64,000 nt of DNA from Antedon mediterranea (Eukaryota > Animalia > Echinodermata). A program made the translations under genes and the position numbers. Below are positions 11,716 to 23,961 of the stretch, piece by piece. Numbering within the stretch: position 1 is the stretch's first letter; every line of letters begins with the position of its first letter. The DNA lies in assembly GCF_964355755.1 (NCBI RefSeq), contig NC_092677.1, forward strand, positions 18,188,101-18,252,100, written 5' to 3'. The notes below the pieces were generated by a model. The model was given only the letters and a program-made list of their open reading frames with translations. It ran no database searches and was not told the origin of the DNA.

Positions 11716-14649
11716 AGTGATTGCCATCTATCAGGTAGTATTATAAATAATTTATTGAGTCAATGTGATAAGGACAATGTGGTATTGAAACCTGACATGC
11801 TGATTTATGTACATAAAAATGATCTTTCAGATATTGATGTTCTTTCATTGTTTCGGTTAATAAATCAAATTGGTGTGTGTAATGGCGTTTTTGTATGGCT
11901 TAAGTATAAGTTGTCAGTTGATCACCTTAGATGTGTTGTGGATGCTTGTGAACATGGTAGAACATTGACATGGAAAAAGTTAGATATAACGGATATGAAA
12001 ATATCGTCAAATGAAATATCAACATTAGGTCGTTTGTTGAAATTCTCACCACAAATTCAACAGCTTCGTATGAAAAATTGCGATCTCTCAGGTAGTATTA
12101 TACAAGAATTGTTCTATGAATGTGATAAAACCAACGTGGTATTGAAACATGGCATGCTTGATCTAACAGGAAACAATCTTTCAGATATTAATGTTGTTAC
12201 ACTGTTTAGGTTGACGAGCCTAATGGTGGTGTATCACACTTTCAAATGGCGTGATTATAAATTGTCAGTTGATAACCTAATATGTCTTATAGATGCCTGT
12301 TATGAACTTGGTAGGATGACATTGAAAAGGTTGAGTTTAGGTGGAATTAACCTTGGTTCTATTGAAGGATCAAAATTAGCTTGTTTATTAAAACACTCTC
12401 TACAGACATCTTGATATGAGTAATTGCCATCTCTCAGGTAGTGTTATAAAACATTTATTCAATGAATGTGATAAACACAATGTGGTATTGAAACCGGGCA
12501 TGCTTGATCTAAGGGGAAACAATCTTTCAGATATTAATGGTGTTACACTATTAAGGTTGACGAGCCTAATTATCGATTTTGTATGGTGTTATTATAACTT
12601 GTCAGTTGATAACTTACGAATTCTCGTGGATGTCTGTAATAAAAATAATAGGATATTGACATGGAAAAGGTTGAGTTTAAGTGGGATTAATCTATCTTTA
12701 ATTGAAGGATCAAAATTAGGCTGTTTATTAAAATTCTCTTCACAACTAGAACATCTTGATATGAGTAATTGTCATCTCTCGTGTAGTATTATAAAATTGT
12801 TATTGAATGAATGTGATAAAATCAATCTGGTATTGGTTAATATGCTTGTTCTAAAGAGAAACGATCTTTCAGATATTGATGGTGATACACTTTCTAAGTT
12901 TGTGAATCTACTTGAAAATGAAAGATATTCATTTCATCAGTACAATGAATACACATTTGAGGCTACTGATTACAGTCTGTTAGTTGAAAACATAACAAGT
13001 CTTGCAGACGCCTGTCATGACCATAGAAGGATATTAACCTGGGAAAAGTTGAAGTTAAGTGGGATTAACCTATCTTCAGTTGAAGTATCAAAATTAGCTT
13101 TTTTAATAAATTTCTCTCCACACCTAAAACATCTTGATATGAGTAATTGGTATCTCTCAGGTAGTATTATAAAAGATTTAGTTGCTGAATGTGATAAAAA
13201 CAATGTCGTATTGAAACCTGGCATGCTTGATCTAAGGAGAAACAATCTTTCAGATATTAATGTTGTTACACTATTTAAGTTCATGAGCATAATTTCAATG
13301 ACTGACTATGTTTTTGAATGGCATTATTATACACTAACAGTTGATCACCTAAGAAGTCTTATAGATACCTGTCTTGAATATGGTAAATTATTACCATGCC
13401 GAAGTTTAAATTTATGTGGACTTAACCTAACTTTAATTAAGTATCAAAATTAGGTTGTTTATTAAAATGCTCTCCACAATTACAATATCTTGAAATGTGT
13501 AATAGCAATATTGCGTACGATTTTATACAAGATTTATTAAATGAATGTAATAAAAACAATTTATTGAAACCGGGCATGTTAGTTCTAAGGGGAAGCAATT
13601 TTTCAGATATTGATGGTGTTACACTTTTGAGGTTGATTGAAATGAAACAAATACAATTTGGTGTTGCCACTTTTGAATGGCATAATTATAATCTGTCAGT
13701 TCATCATCTAAGTAATCTTGTAGATGCCTGTAATGAACATATGATATTTACATGGAAAAGGTTGAATTTAAGTGGGATTAACCTATCTTTAATTGAAGGA
13801 TCAAAATTAGCTTGTTTATTGAAGCTCTCTTCTCAACTACAATATCTTAATATGAGTAATTGTCATCTGTCAGGTAGTATTATAAACGATTGTATTATTG
13901 AATGTCATAAAAACAATGTGTTATTTCAAGATATCTTCTTTCTTGATCTAAAAGGAAACAATCTGATATTGATGGGTCTCCATTATATTTTGTGGTCCAA
14001 ACGTCTAAGAGACGTGATAATTTATTTTATCTAACTGAAAAACATGCTTTTAAATGGTGCGATTATAGCCTGAGAGTTGATCACTTAAGAAGTCTTGTAG
14101 ATTCCTGTTGTAAATGTGGTATAGTTGTAACATGGGAAATATTGGATTTAAGTGGGGTTAACCTATCTTCAATTTGAGCATCAACATTAGCCAATTTATT
14201 AATATGCAGTCCAGATCTAATAGTAATTCATTTGACGAACTGCCAACTCTCCAGTAGTATTGTAGTTGTATTATAAAGAAGAGAAGACTTAATCGGATTA
14301 GACAGGTGTTTTTGTAGTAAAATGCAGGGGGTCTTAATAGAAATCTACTTTCTCCATGATGAAAACAGTAGGCTGTCTAGTTTGTATAGAGTGTATCACA
14401 AGTTTTACAATTACTGACACCCAGTTCTTCAGTTTTTTTAAATAGGATTTAATCCTAATATAAAAGAGGAGATACAATTAAGGAGGTTAATGGTACCATT
14501 GGCATGATCTGATTGGTTCCCCTGAATTAAATAAAATGTTAGATCAATTTGATTTTCTTTTACCGAGGACTGACCGTTTTGGAAATGTTTACAATTTGCA
14601 ACTTATTGAGTGACTTCTTGATTAGCAAGTATTATGCTTAATTAAAATT

Positions 14650-15520
14650 TAAAATATTAAAGATAATAAACTTAAACAGTTGAACATCAAACTACTGCAT
14701 TGTATAACACCTACCAAAAGAAGGCTGTTAAAATGGAAAATAAGCAACACAGATACTTGCCTACAATGCAACGTAGTAGAGGATAATGCCCATTTCTTTT
14801 ATGAATGCACTGAAGTAAAATCCTTATGGGAATATATTAACGTTTACACCATACACAAATTTTCGATCGAGGCAAATTATCGAAACATTGTGCTAGGTAC
14901 AGGAAACAATTATGTCGACCACATGTTCTGCGTTTACAAAGGACATACCGGTACACATGTAAACAAATGGACCGGATCACTGTCTCGTCTTTTTATGGCG
15001 GAAAAAAATAATAGATCTTACCTTAACCGCCTGTTATAATTTATATTTATGTGAATCTGATTATTTAAAATATATATGTATGTATGAGAACAGTTGTGTA
15101 CTACAGGTGTAAATATACAGATATTTACCTAATATTGTTGTATAATACCCATAGGCAGTTTCATTTTATCTTATATGAAGTATGAATTTAAAAAAATTGT
15201 ATCAATTAATATTGAAAACAAAAAAGAAACGTAACGCAACATAAGTAACGCACGAGAAGATAAGCAAACAAATATAACCATGAGACATAAAACTAGACAC
15301 AGGAGTAAGAAAAGCATTTTTAATATATTTGTTTATTTTTTTTATATTCGTATTTTAAAATAATGTATATAGTCTGTATATAGGGCATAAATGAATTATA
15401 TATAAAAAAAAAAATACATACCGAAAAAAAATTATATAACATTAGTAAATGTATCTTCTACAGTGTGTGTGTTTACAATTTTAGATGCTGAGAATTATAG
15501 AACAAAAAAAAATATTAGAA
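14650..15520 (+). mobile_element. 3' fragment of an L1/Tx1-like LINE (zf-RVT region + 3' flank)
   Basis: KLLHCITPTKRRLLKWKISNTDTCLQCNVVEDNAHFFYEC (RT zinc-binding C-terminus); near-identical copy at ~36915-37580. Confidence 0.7.
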
Positions 15521-15912
15521 AATAAAAAGCGAAAGGCTAAATCAAAACGATAAGTAAAACAGCCAGAAAAGTTAGCAGAACTTTCGGGCAACACTAGCCC
15601 TTCATCAGTGCAAGTGAAGGAATTTGGATAAAGTCATAGTATAAGAGCTGGCAAGTGCTGCCTGGGTGGACAGGAATAAAAGAAATACAACAAAAGGAGG
15701 CAGGGTGGAGTCTGAATAAGAGTAGAAAGCAAAGAAGGTAGCTTGGTAGAGATATAAACAATTTTGGAATGAAACTAAAAAACAGCTTAAATTGTGGTTA
15801 ATTTTGAAACTTAAATTTTGGTTAGTCAATGGAATAATTTTACCGATCTGGGAGTATGTTCCTAATGTTAAGTCCAAAAGGTTTGTGGTTTTAAGTTGTA
15901 ATTCCCAGTGGC
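15520..15912 (-). mobile_element. Penelope-like element 3' end (GIY-YIG C-terminus + pseudo-LTR)
   Basis: Minus strand 15912-15840 reads WELQLKTT/KPFGLNIRNILPDR* with one frameshift (typical W..L.T..P.GLN end of PLE GIY-YIG); a hammerhead core lies downstream. Confidence 0.65.
15572..15613 (-). ncRNA. Minimal type I hammerhead ribozyme motif
   Basis: Minus strand TTGCA-CTGATGA-AGGGC TAGTGTT GCCC-GAAA-GTTC-TGC(T)AA: conserved CUGAUGA/GAAA core, 4-bp stem II, short stem I, vestigial stem III, as in PLE minimal hammerheads. Confidence 0.65.
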
Positions 15913-16188
15913 TTCGTGAATAAAAATACTGAAAGATGAGGGCGTATCAATTTGATCTCTGGTGCGCGTGCGTACAACTGAGGACTAGTGCTCTTCCACC
16001 GTACCACGCCGAGTCGCTATCCAATCGAGTTTGAACAATACCATGAAAGCCCCAGTGGTCTAATGGTTAGGACATCTGCATATCAAGCAGGCTGTCCGAC
16101 TTCGAGTCTCGGTTGGGGCGAGTTTTTCTCATTCTCACAGATTTCCTCATCTTTATCGTTTCAAATTAATTAATTAATTTTCAGTATA
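15912..16188 (+). mobile_element. Short interspersed element with an internal tRNA-Asp-like cloverleaf and ATACTGAAA/TTTCAGTAT inverted ends
   Basis: Cloverleaf at 16049-16120; partial copies at ~16885-17008 (3' part) and ~17460-17625 (5' part). Confidence 0.65.
16049..16120 (+). pseudogene. tRNA-Asp-like sequence (anticodon ATC), repeat-derived
   Basis: GCCCCAG/TTGGGGC acceptor stem, A-box TGGTCTAATGG, TCTGC-ATATCAA-GCAGG anticodon arm, TTCGAGT loop with a T-stem mismatch; diverged copies nearby. Confidence 0.6.
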
Positions 16189-17014
16189 TCACCCTGTAAG
16201 CGAGAGGTCGCAGGTTTGAATCCCGCCAGGGAAACTTGTTCATTGGTTGACACTACTGAAACATTTAAGAGTAACCAAACTGGTCGAATTATTCGGATAA
16301 GACAATCAATAGGGAGAAAAATTGTGACGTCACGTTTCCTGGCTACCGACTGCGCTGGGTACAAACAAAGTTTGGTCGGCCATCTAGTCCTATTCTAACG
16401 CATTGATTTAACACCGCTTTTTCGTACATCCCGATAAATTTCGTTTTTACATAATTTACAGTTGATCATCTTGCTTTATTTTACTACGTTACTACTGTTG
16501 AATATTTTGCTGATAATATATCGTAAGTTCACTTTCAGTTTATAATCGCAATGTTCGTAAAATAGCATTTTAAATGCCGTGTTACATCACGACATCAGAG
16601 GTAGTCGTGTGCGGTCGTTCTTAGCCGCCTATAGCAGCGACATTTTGCCGATCAATATGACCCATATCTGGCCTAGCTTATGCATCAAAACTAGTAAAAT
16701 TCAACATTTTACCTACCATATTAAAAACTCAAACTTTAATAAGCAATACATTACAAATAAATAGTAAACTGAAAATTAGAAATGTATATTAATTCGCTCA
16801 TTTCCACAAACAAACGCAGAAATACTGATAGTATAAACTCGCCGCCAGAGAAAGAGGCCTATAAGTGCTTGTAACACGAAATTTTGGTTGGGACAGCTGC
16901 ATATCAAGCAGAGGGTCCAGGTTCGAGCCTCGGTTGGGTCGAGTTTTTCTTGTTCTTACAGATTTCTTCATCTTATCGTTTCAAATTAATTAATTAAATT
17001 TCAGTATAATTTCA

Positions 17015-17339
17015 GTCGAGTTTACCACACAGCACTAGTAGTTAATGACAAACTATACACATCACTAATGCTGCGAACACCAAAAATGATCCTACTCTGG
17101 TTTTTGTCTGGGCGCAACAAGTATATTTAACTTTTCTGAACGTTGATGGCGTTCTACAAACCCTTACTGCGCATGTCTACTAAAATAATTCTCAACAACT
17201 AGCGATGTGTGTATAAAAAACAACTCGACCGGTAGCGATGTGTGTTTAAAACTCGACCGGTAGCGCGATGTGTAAATCTCGACCATTAGTGATGTGTATA
17301 GTTTGTCATTAACTACTAGTGCTGTGTGGTAAACTCGAC
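17015..17339. repeat. 56-bp perfect inverted repeat around a tandem-repeat MITE-like segment
   Basis: 17015-17070 is the reverse complement of 17284-17339; internal AAACTCGACCGGTAGCGATGTG repeats. Confidence 0.8.
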
Positions 17340-19872
17340 CGATAGGTATGTGTCTAGTCAATCTCGACTAGCAGGGATTTGTAAACTCAACAGCTAGGGA
17401 TTGGCATTTGAAATGGTTTTGTCCGTCCTGGCGTGCCATATAAAAGTATCTCTGTGGAGATCCCACTTCGTGAATAAATATACTGAAAGAGATGAGGGCG
17501 TATCAATTTGATCTCTGGTGCGCGTGCGTACAATTGCGAGACTAGTACCACGCCGAGAATGTTAAAGAGTCGCTATCCAATCGAGTTTGAACAATACCAT
17601 GAAAGCTTCAATGGTCTAAGGGTTGGGTCTAGTTGGGCATATTTTTTAGGCCTAGCTGGTAAAGAGCGGTAGTGTACGAACATCGTACGCTAGCTATTTA
17701 GGCCTAGCCTGACGTTGTCGCTTTGCTGAATTAATTGTCTTTCAGAAATAGAAATATAAGCAACATATATATTATAACGTGTTGTTTTTGCATAATAGCA
17801 GTTCCAAAGATTTTCCCATGTGTAGGCCTACAGGGAATAATTCATGTTATGTCTGAAAGTACAATGTTGAGAATGAGACAAGGATATCATTTAGTGTCAA
17901 ATTCTTAATCAATTTAATTTACACTCGATTTGTAATACTATACGTAGGTACGGCTACATGATTGGTGAGTGTTTTTTGCAAAAGCTACCCTATAGCAGTA
18001 GCGCGACGAGAGATCATTTTCAGGTACCGCTTGAAAACTATTTCCAGGGTTTGCCGTCAAATCATCAATATTTATGTATGGATTCAGGCTCTCTATAGTT
18101 TCTGCCTTAACCTAACAGGAAAAAAAATAATGCGTCCCGGGCCTACTTCAATCCCATCAAGCAGACTGACAGTGTCTTTAGTTAGAGATTGTCTAAATAT
18201 TATTATATTTACATCTGACAGCAGCGCCCTAGCTTATTACCAGACAATTATAACAATAGAAAAAACAAATTATATTTTCACACCATTGATTTATTTAAAA
18301 ATAATATTAATGAATGTTCACATACAGTTCCCACAACACAAGGACGTGAACACAACGTAAGCAAGTTGACAATCGACAGTTCAAATAATCAATCGCTTGT
18401 GATTAGTAACTAACGTTGTGGTACCGTGCATTGCGTCTCTCTATGGGGACCAAGCATTAGCAATATACCAAGCATATAGTAATAATTTCTACTCAGAATC
18501 CATTATAATTATTGTTCTGTCCGTTGTGGACAGAAAAAACCTCCTATATGGACAAATAAAGCCCATTACTCCCATGACGCTATAATATATAATAGACAGG
18601 TTCACCAACCCTATTTAAATTACATTAAATAAAAAACAAGGTTCACAACAATGACATTAATATTTTGTAAAATAGCAAATAAATATTTAAATTTTTGATT
18701 TTTGTTGTTGTTTAAAATGGATCGATTTTTAAGAAATTCACACATGTTATTTAAATGTATCAAATTAACACAAGCCCATACAAATAAAAGCAAAATGTAT
18801 AGTAAACGAAAATTGAAGATACCTTGGCAAATTAGCGAAAACTACTCACGCCATTGCCATATTCTATTTCAACGGCCGTCGAGAGCATCTATATTCACGA
18901 CGACGAAAGCTTTTCCCAAAAGGGCGAATTTATATTTTGTAACAACATACATTCTAGCAACACCTAATAGCCCCCAAAACATCATTCTAAAATGAAAAAA
19001 ATCGAAAATCTATCTCAGGTCCATTTTAAAGGAAATAATTAGATATGAATAAACGCGGCCTCTCATAGTCAGCCTACCACAATGTACACGGCAAGGAAGA
19101 AATAATATCAACCAACTTGATATTTTACCGTTTGTCTATTCATCATATATTCGTCATATCCGATATATTTTGGTATCAACAACGTTAAACGAACGATAGA
19201 GGTCATGGGTCAATTATCACTAAATTACTTTTATAAAATTATACTATAATAATAATATATCTCAGCAGCCAAAATAATCACTTATTCAGCGCACATTTAT
19301 ATGTAAAGCACATAATCAGCGGCGCTTCACATAAGTGACATAACATTGGTTGAAATAAAAAGTCTACTATTACTTAATTTTTCAATTAGTAATTGGAATT
19401 TAACGGAACACGAGTGGTCAGCAAAATGTTTTCACATAACCTCCGTTGCACTGCCAAACCGACCCTCAAGAAAAAGAAGCCTAAACTTATAAAAGCCAGA
19501 TAATCACAGGGGGCTTTATTCCGATGGGCTTATTTTTTAGATTACTCTTTCAAACTAAGGAGAGGCTTCTTTTTGAAGTATTCCTTTACCGAGGTGGGCT
19601 TCTTTACGAGTTTTTTAGATTGTACGGACAGTAGCCGACATCAGCTCTTGAAATTCGTTTTCTTTATAATGGAATTTTATCAGTGGGGATCGATATGCTA
19701 TTAAAACAAATAGTATTTGTTTAGATGGCCTATTCAATTCAATTCAATTCAATTCAACTTAACATTTATTTCTTCCTTCAAGAAAATGAGGTAAACATAA
19801 CAAATTGTATCTTTATATTACTAAAAAGTGAACATTAATTAACTATAATAATACAATACTTTATAATTATAT

Positions 19873-20460
19873 CAAATCTTACATAAAACTAATACAATCA
19901 ACCAAACTACATCGATAAATGTATAAGTTGTATTAATGAAATAAACCAACATCAATTGAAATAAATACTACATTTTACCTACCAAATCTTACATAAAACT
20001 AATACATTCAACCAAACTACATCGATAAATGTATAGGTTATATTAGTGAAATAAGCTAACATCAATTGAAGTAAATACTAAATTTTATCTACCAAATCTT
20101 ACATAAAACTAATACATTCCATCAAACTACATCGATAAATGTATAAGTTATATTAGTGAAATAAGCTAACATCAATTGAAGTAAATACTAAATTTTATCT
20201 ACCAAATCTTACATAAAACTAATACATTCCACCAAACTACATCGATAAATGTATAGGTTATATTAATGAAATAAGCCAACATCAATTGAAATAAAACAAA
20301 ATCTTATCTACCAAATCTTACATAAAACAATCCACCAAACTACTGTACATCGATAAATGTAAATTATAATAATATTAATGAAAAAGCCAACATATACCCT
20401 GAAATAAAACATCTTATCTACAAAATCCACCAAACTACACTGTACATCAATAAGTGTAAC
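19873..20460. repeat. 110-bp tandem minisatellite, ~5.5 copies
   Basis: CAAATCTTACATAAAACTAATACA... recurs at ~19873, 19983, 20093, 20203, 20312 and decays by ~20460. Confidence 0.92.
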
Positions 20461-22631
20461 CGTAAAACTTTGAAAAGAAGCCCATGGGCTTCTTCTTTTT
20501 TAGGGCTCTTGGATGGGCTTTTTTTCGAAATGGACTTCTTTTCAAATTACTTTTCAAAGTAAAGAGGGGGATTTCTTTTCGAAATGAATGCTGTCAATGT
20601 TGTGAATTGCTACTATTGTACAACAATAATGAATGATGTTTTTACATTTTAAATATTTGCAGACGAGAAGTGTAAGTGCCAATCCTAGCTTTATTGTGTG
20701 TTGTCACACTTCATTGATTATATTGCGATGTGTATTAACACAAGCACAGCACAGCCATATGGTTAAATGCAAATTAAACACCTAAATATTCTGTATGCTT
20801 GTGCAGTGATTTGTAATATGTAGCTTGTTGAGTAGACACAATTACAGCTTAGCCTGAAGATGGACTGAAGTTTAGAGGCTTAAAGAAACCTAGAGTTAGA
20901 TTGACTGGATTAAAGGGTTTATTTAGAAGCCAGAAGCTGCTGAATGAGCTACCGTATAATATTAGTATAAGGCTTATGTAGCCCACAGCTAAGACAAGCA
21001 TAGCTTTGCGAAGCCCAGATACCTGTCTTTGTATTATATTCACTTTATAGGCATATCATTATATCGTTGTAATTATAGTATAACCAATGTTTATTTATTG
21101 TATAATTAGCCTTATCATGACTTTTCCGTTACATAAATCAGGCCAATAAATGCAATTTATTTTTTCTCAACACAAAGTATGTTATTTATTTGTAGTAAGT
21201 CGGATCGATGTATGGATTTCCGGATAGAAAGATAATTAAAATCCACAATATTGAATATTGTTTTTGTGCAGATTTACATGAAGTATCATTTGAAAAAAAT
21301 AATCATTGTAGAATAAATATATGAGGCTTGATTGTTGAGATAATTAAGGAGTCATAAATATAATATGAAAACACGATCATACATTTCATTTTGCCAAAGT
21401 AGTAGACAAGATAGTCCAAAATGCAATAAAACAAAACACCATTTAGAAAACAATAAAGTGTAAAAATAATTTATATAAACACGATCATACATTATTACTC
21501 TTCATCTGGAAATTTCAGAGGAACCCTTGTTTTAAATTTTTACAAGTTTTACACAAAGCCTCATCGATAAACAGTGTATTTCGGCGTCAATTACGATGGA
21601 AAGCAGAGTGTATATCTTGCACTTTCGTCAACCAGAAGCCGATGATCAGGATGAAGTATCTGTGGCCATCTTGATTGTGTTTAACGGAATATGCTTTATC
21701 GTCATCGCCGTAATTACGCCACAAATTTTTTTTCAGTTCAGAAATCAGGAGCCACCGTCTTCGGAAGAAAAAAACGTAAAAACACTTATTAAAAATGGCA
21801 AGAAAATTAGGAATCATTAGAGATAGTGTAAAGTGTACAGAAATAAAATACCAAAAAAATAATAAAATATTAATTAGTTTGGTGGATTTTCAGTGTTAAG
21901 GTAAGGTAAGATAACACAGTGCTGTATATTCATATACTGCAATACCGTAAAATCTTCGTTGCTTCTCGTCGAATCCATCGGACACATCAAAACTCGGAAT
22001 TTCCCTTTTAATATATCTTTACATGCATCATGGGTAACTTTCGGTTGGCAGACATCAATTTTATAAACAAGGCAGCAAAGGCGGCGATAATCCGATTGCC
22101 TATTTTTGGTGATGTAAAAGTAAAAACATGATAGTTATTCACGTTGATCATGGATAAAAAAAAAATAATAATTGTATTATAAAGCCAAACATTCAGATTA
22201 ACGTTTATGTTTTATAAGTGAAAACATTTGTGTTTTTTTTCTTGTATTATTAGTAGTAAACTTTATTAAAACTACAAATGGCCTATTAATTGTTCATGTT
22301 TTTGGGGACAATACACTTATTATCGAATTCAGTACTTCGAAATGTCTTACTATGTCAACCTAGTAATTAGATAATAATGTTTTACATGAATATGCGTTTG
22401 TACTTCTAAGTCGATTTTATTTAATTAGATTTAAGTTATCTTATATTTTATGTGAAATTCATTTTTAAAGTTAATTTGATGGAAGTAGGTGACCACCGGA
22501 CCAATAACAATATCAATGTAAACTTGACACCGACTGGTAGGTTCAAGTTTTTTTGTTCCTGGATTTTATATATTAATAAATTGCACACTTTTGACAATGA
22601 TCTTAGCTTTAAAAACAATGTGAATACTTAC

Positions 22632-22703
22632 AATTCGTTTAAGTTGATCAAGTTTTCAAAAGTACTATCTTTGTAATTTTTTAATTCGTTTCTTTCTATC
22701 CTC
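22632..22703 (-). CDS. 72-bp single-LRR exon (RIERNELKNYKDSTFENLINLNEL)
   Basis: Minus strand TTTTTTTGCAG acceptor and GTAAGT donor; phase 2/2; typical-class LRR consensus. Confidence 0.85.
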
Positions 22704-22834
22704 CTGCAAAAAAAACATTTGAGAATAAAAATAAGTAAAAGATTTAGTGGTGTTGGGTCATGAAGGCATTTTTCATTCTTATGTCTTTAGTGGTTTATCC
22801 TGTACGCTACTAACCGAAAGGTGATTAAATATAA

Positions 22835-22988
22835 TCTCGGTCTCTACTTGGACGTAACGCAGGGACTCTGTAGGTAATTTGACCAATCACGACATAAAAA
22901 TAGGTCATCCGAACTGTTGCTTGTAATTGGTCAACTTATTTGCGTTTTGCCTACGTCGTTGCATTGCGTCCAAGTAGTGCGAACCTAA
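22835..22988. mobile_element. Small MITE with imperfect TIR (CTACTTGGACG...CGTCCAAGTAG)
   Basis: Inverted repeats at ~22844 and ~22967-22977; TSD not resolved. Confidence 0.55.
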
Positions 22989-23471
22989 ATCTGGAGTAGT
23001 ATATTTTATCCATGACTCAATTTGTCTTGACAATGTAAGGCATATTGGTTTTAATTTTTCCATCATTTTAGATAATAATATCCAAGCCTATATTATTACT
23101 AATATAATTATTTACAATAAATTAAACTAATTTCATTACAAAACTGCCAGATACCTTATGACGTCATATTGTAATTTAAATATGTTTTGATCCTTTTGGC
23201 TAACTTTAGATGATGTTCCTTTGAACAATATCAACCAGACAAAACAAACAAATATATTTTGCAATGTGTTCTACTGTAGGTTAATCCTAAGTTTGACTTG
23301 TTTAACTGGATTCTGAGGATTTAATGACCTATTTACAGATTAAACAGACTATGTATACAATATATATTGTGTTTTATGTAAAATAGAACTTGGAAGTACG
23401 TAAAATTTACAGAGGACAAACAACTGCATATAATAAATATTGAACAACTACACAGTTAAGCATTAACTTAC

Positions 23472-23546
23472 AGTACAGAAAGTGATGAAGCAAACGCATA
23501 AAATGCACCTTGATCTATGGTAGTTATAGCGTTATTATTTAAATAC
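23472..23546 (-). CDS. 75-bp single-LRR exon (YLNNNAITTIDQGAFYAFASSLSVL)
   Basis: TTTGCAG acceptor, GTAAGT donor, phase 2/2, LxxNxIxxIxxxAF consensus. Confidence 0.87.
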
Positions 23547-23961
23547 CTGCAAATAAATTAATATTATAAAGAATTTAAAAAAAAAAGGAGTATTGTAATA
23601 TAATAATATATTGTATAAAATAATACGATAAGTAGAATAACAATCAGGTTTTCTGCTATATTTTACAGTACAATTATGTAATTGTATTCAGCATTTCAGT
23701 TGCCGATTTCTCTGACACACGAATAATTGTCAAATCAAAGGCAGGCTAATTTTGGCATGAGGATGTGCAAATCTGAGGGAGGAGAAACTAGATACAGATA
23801 TGACATCTCAAGCAAGCTATTACGGAACCACATACTGTGAGAGAAGAAATCAAGTGACTGTGGTCCCTTTATTTATACAATTTGAAAAACAGAAAAATGA
23901 CTAAACTCTGGAAAATAATACGTTCTTTCAAAAAGTATGATAAACAAGAGAAAGCACTCAC

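Larger units (their letters stand above)
2408..14417 (+). pseudogene. NLR-like (NACHT remnant + winged helix + LRR super-repeats) large exon, pseudogenised and interrupted by TEs
   Basis: Acceptor TTTTAACAG at 2407; pre-NACHT-like VNIADVFTDLNLL; ALGQCMYEGL...LALKIGF|VYKK...FAPPHKLVSEALAGV*LA (matches the NLR winged-helix FxH..E.LAA.YL) across the Gypsy insertion; then ~10 repeats of LxLSGxxLSSIEGSKLAxLLKFSPQLxxLDMSNCHLSGSII...KPGMLDLRxNNLSDI. In-frame stops (e.g. 7329, 14175) and frameshifts (~7720, ~12400, ~13440, ~13960). Confidence 0.85.

Noticed and set aside
16049-16120. Functional tRNA-Asp gene
   Set aside because: T-stem mismatch, atypical anticodon loop, and diverged partial copies embedded in a repeat.
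18025-18110. Possible minus-strand exon VKAETIESLNPYINIDDLTANPGNSFQA continuing the LRR gene
   Set aside because: Wrong phase for the phase-2 LRR exons, weak donor (GTACCT) and no LRR/LRRCT motif.
21587-21820. Overlapping ORFs, one with a hydrophobic stretch
   Set aside because: No recognisable domain or splice support; they lie near a Kolobok-like end at ~22300, so they are probably TE interior.
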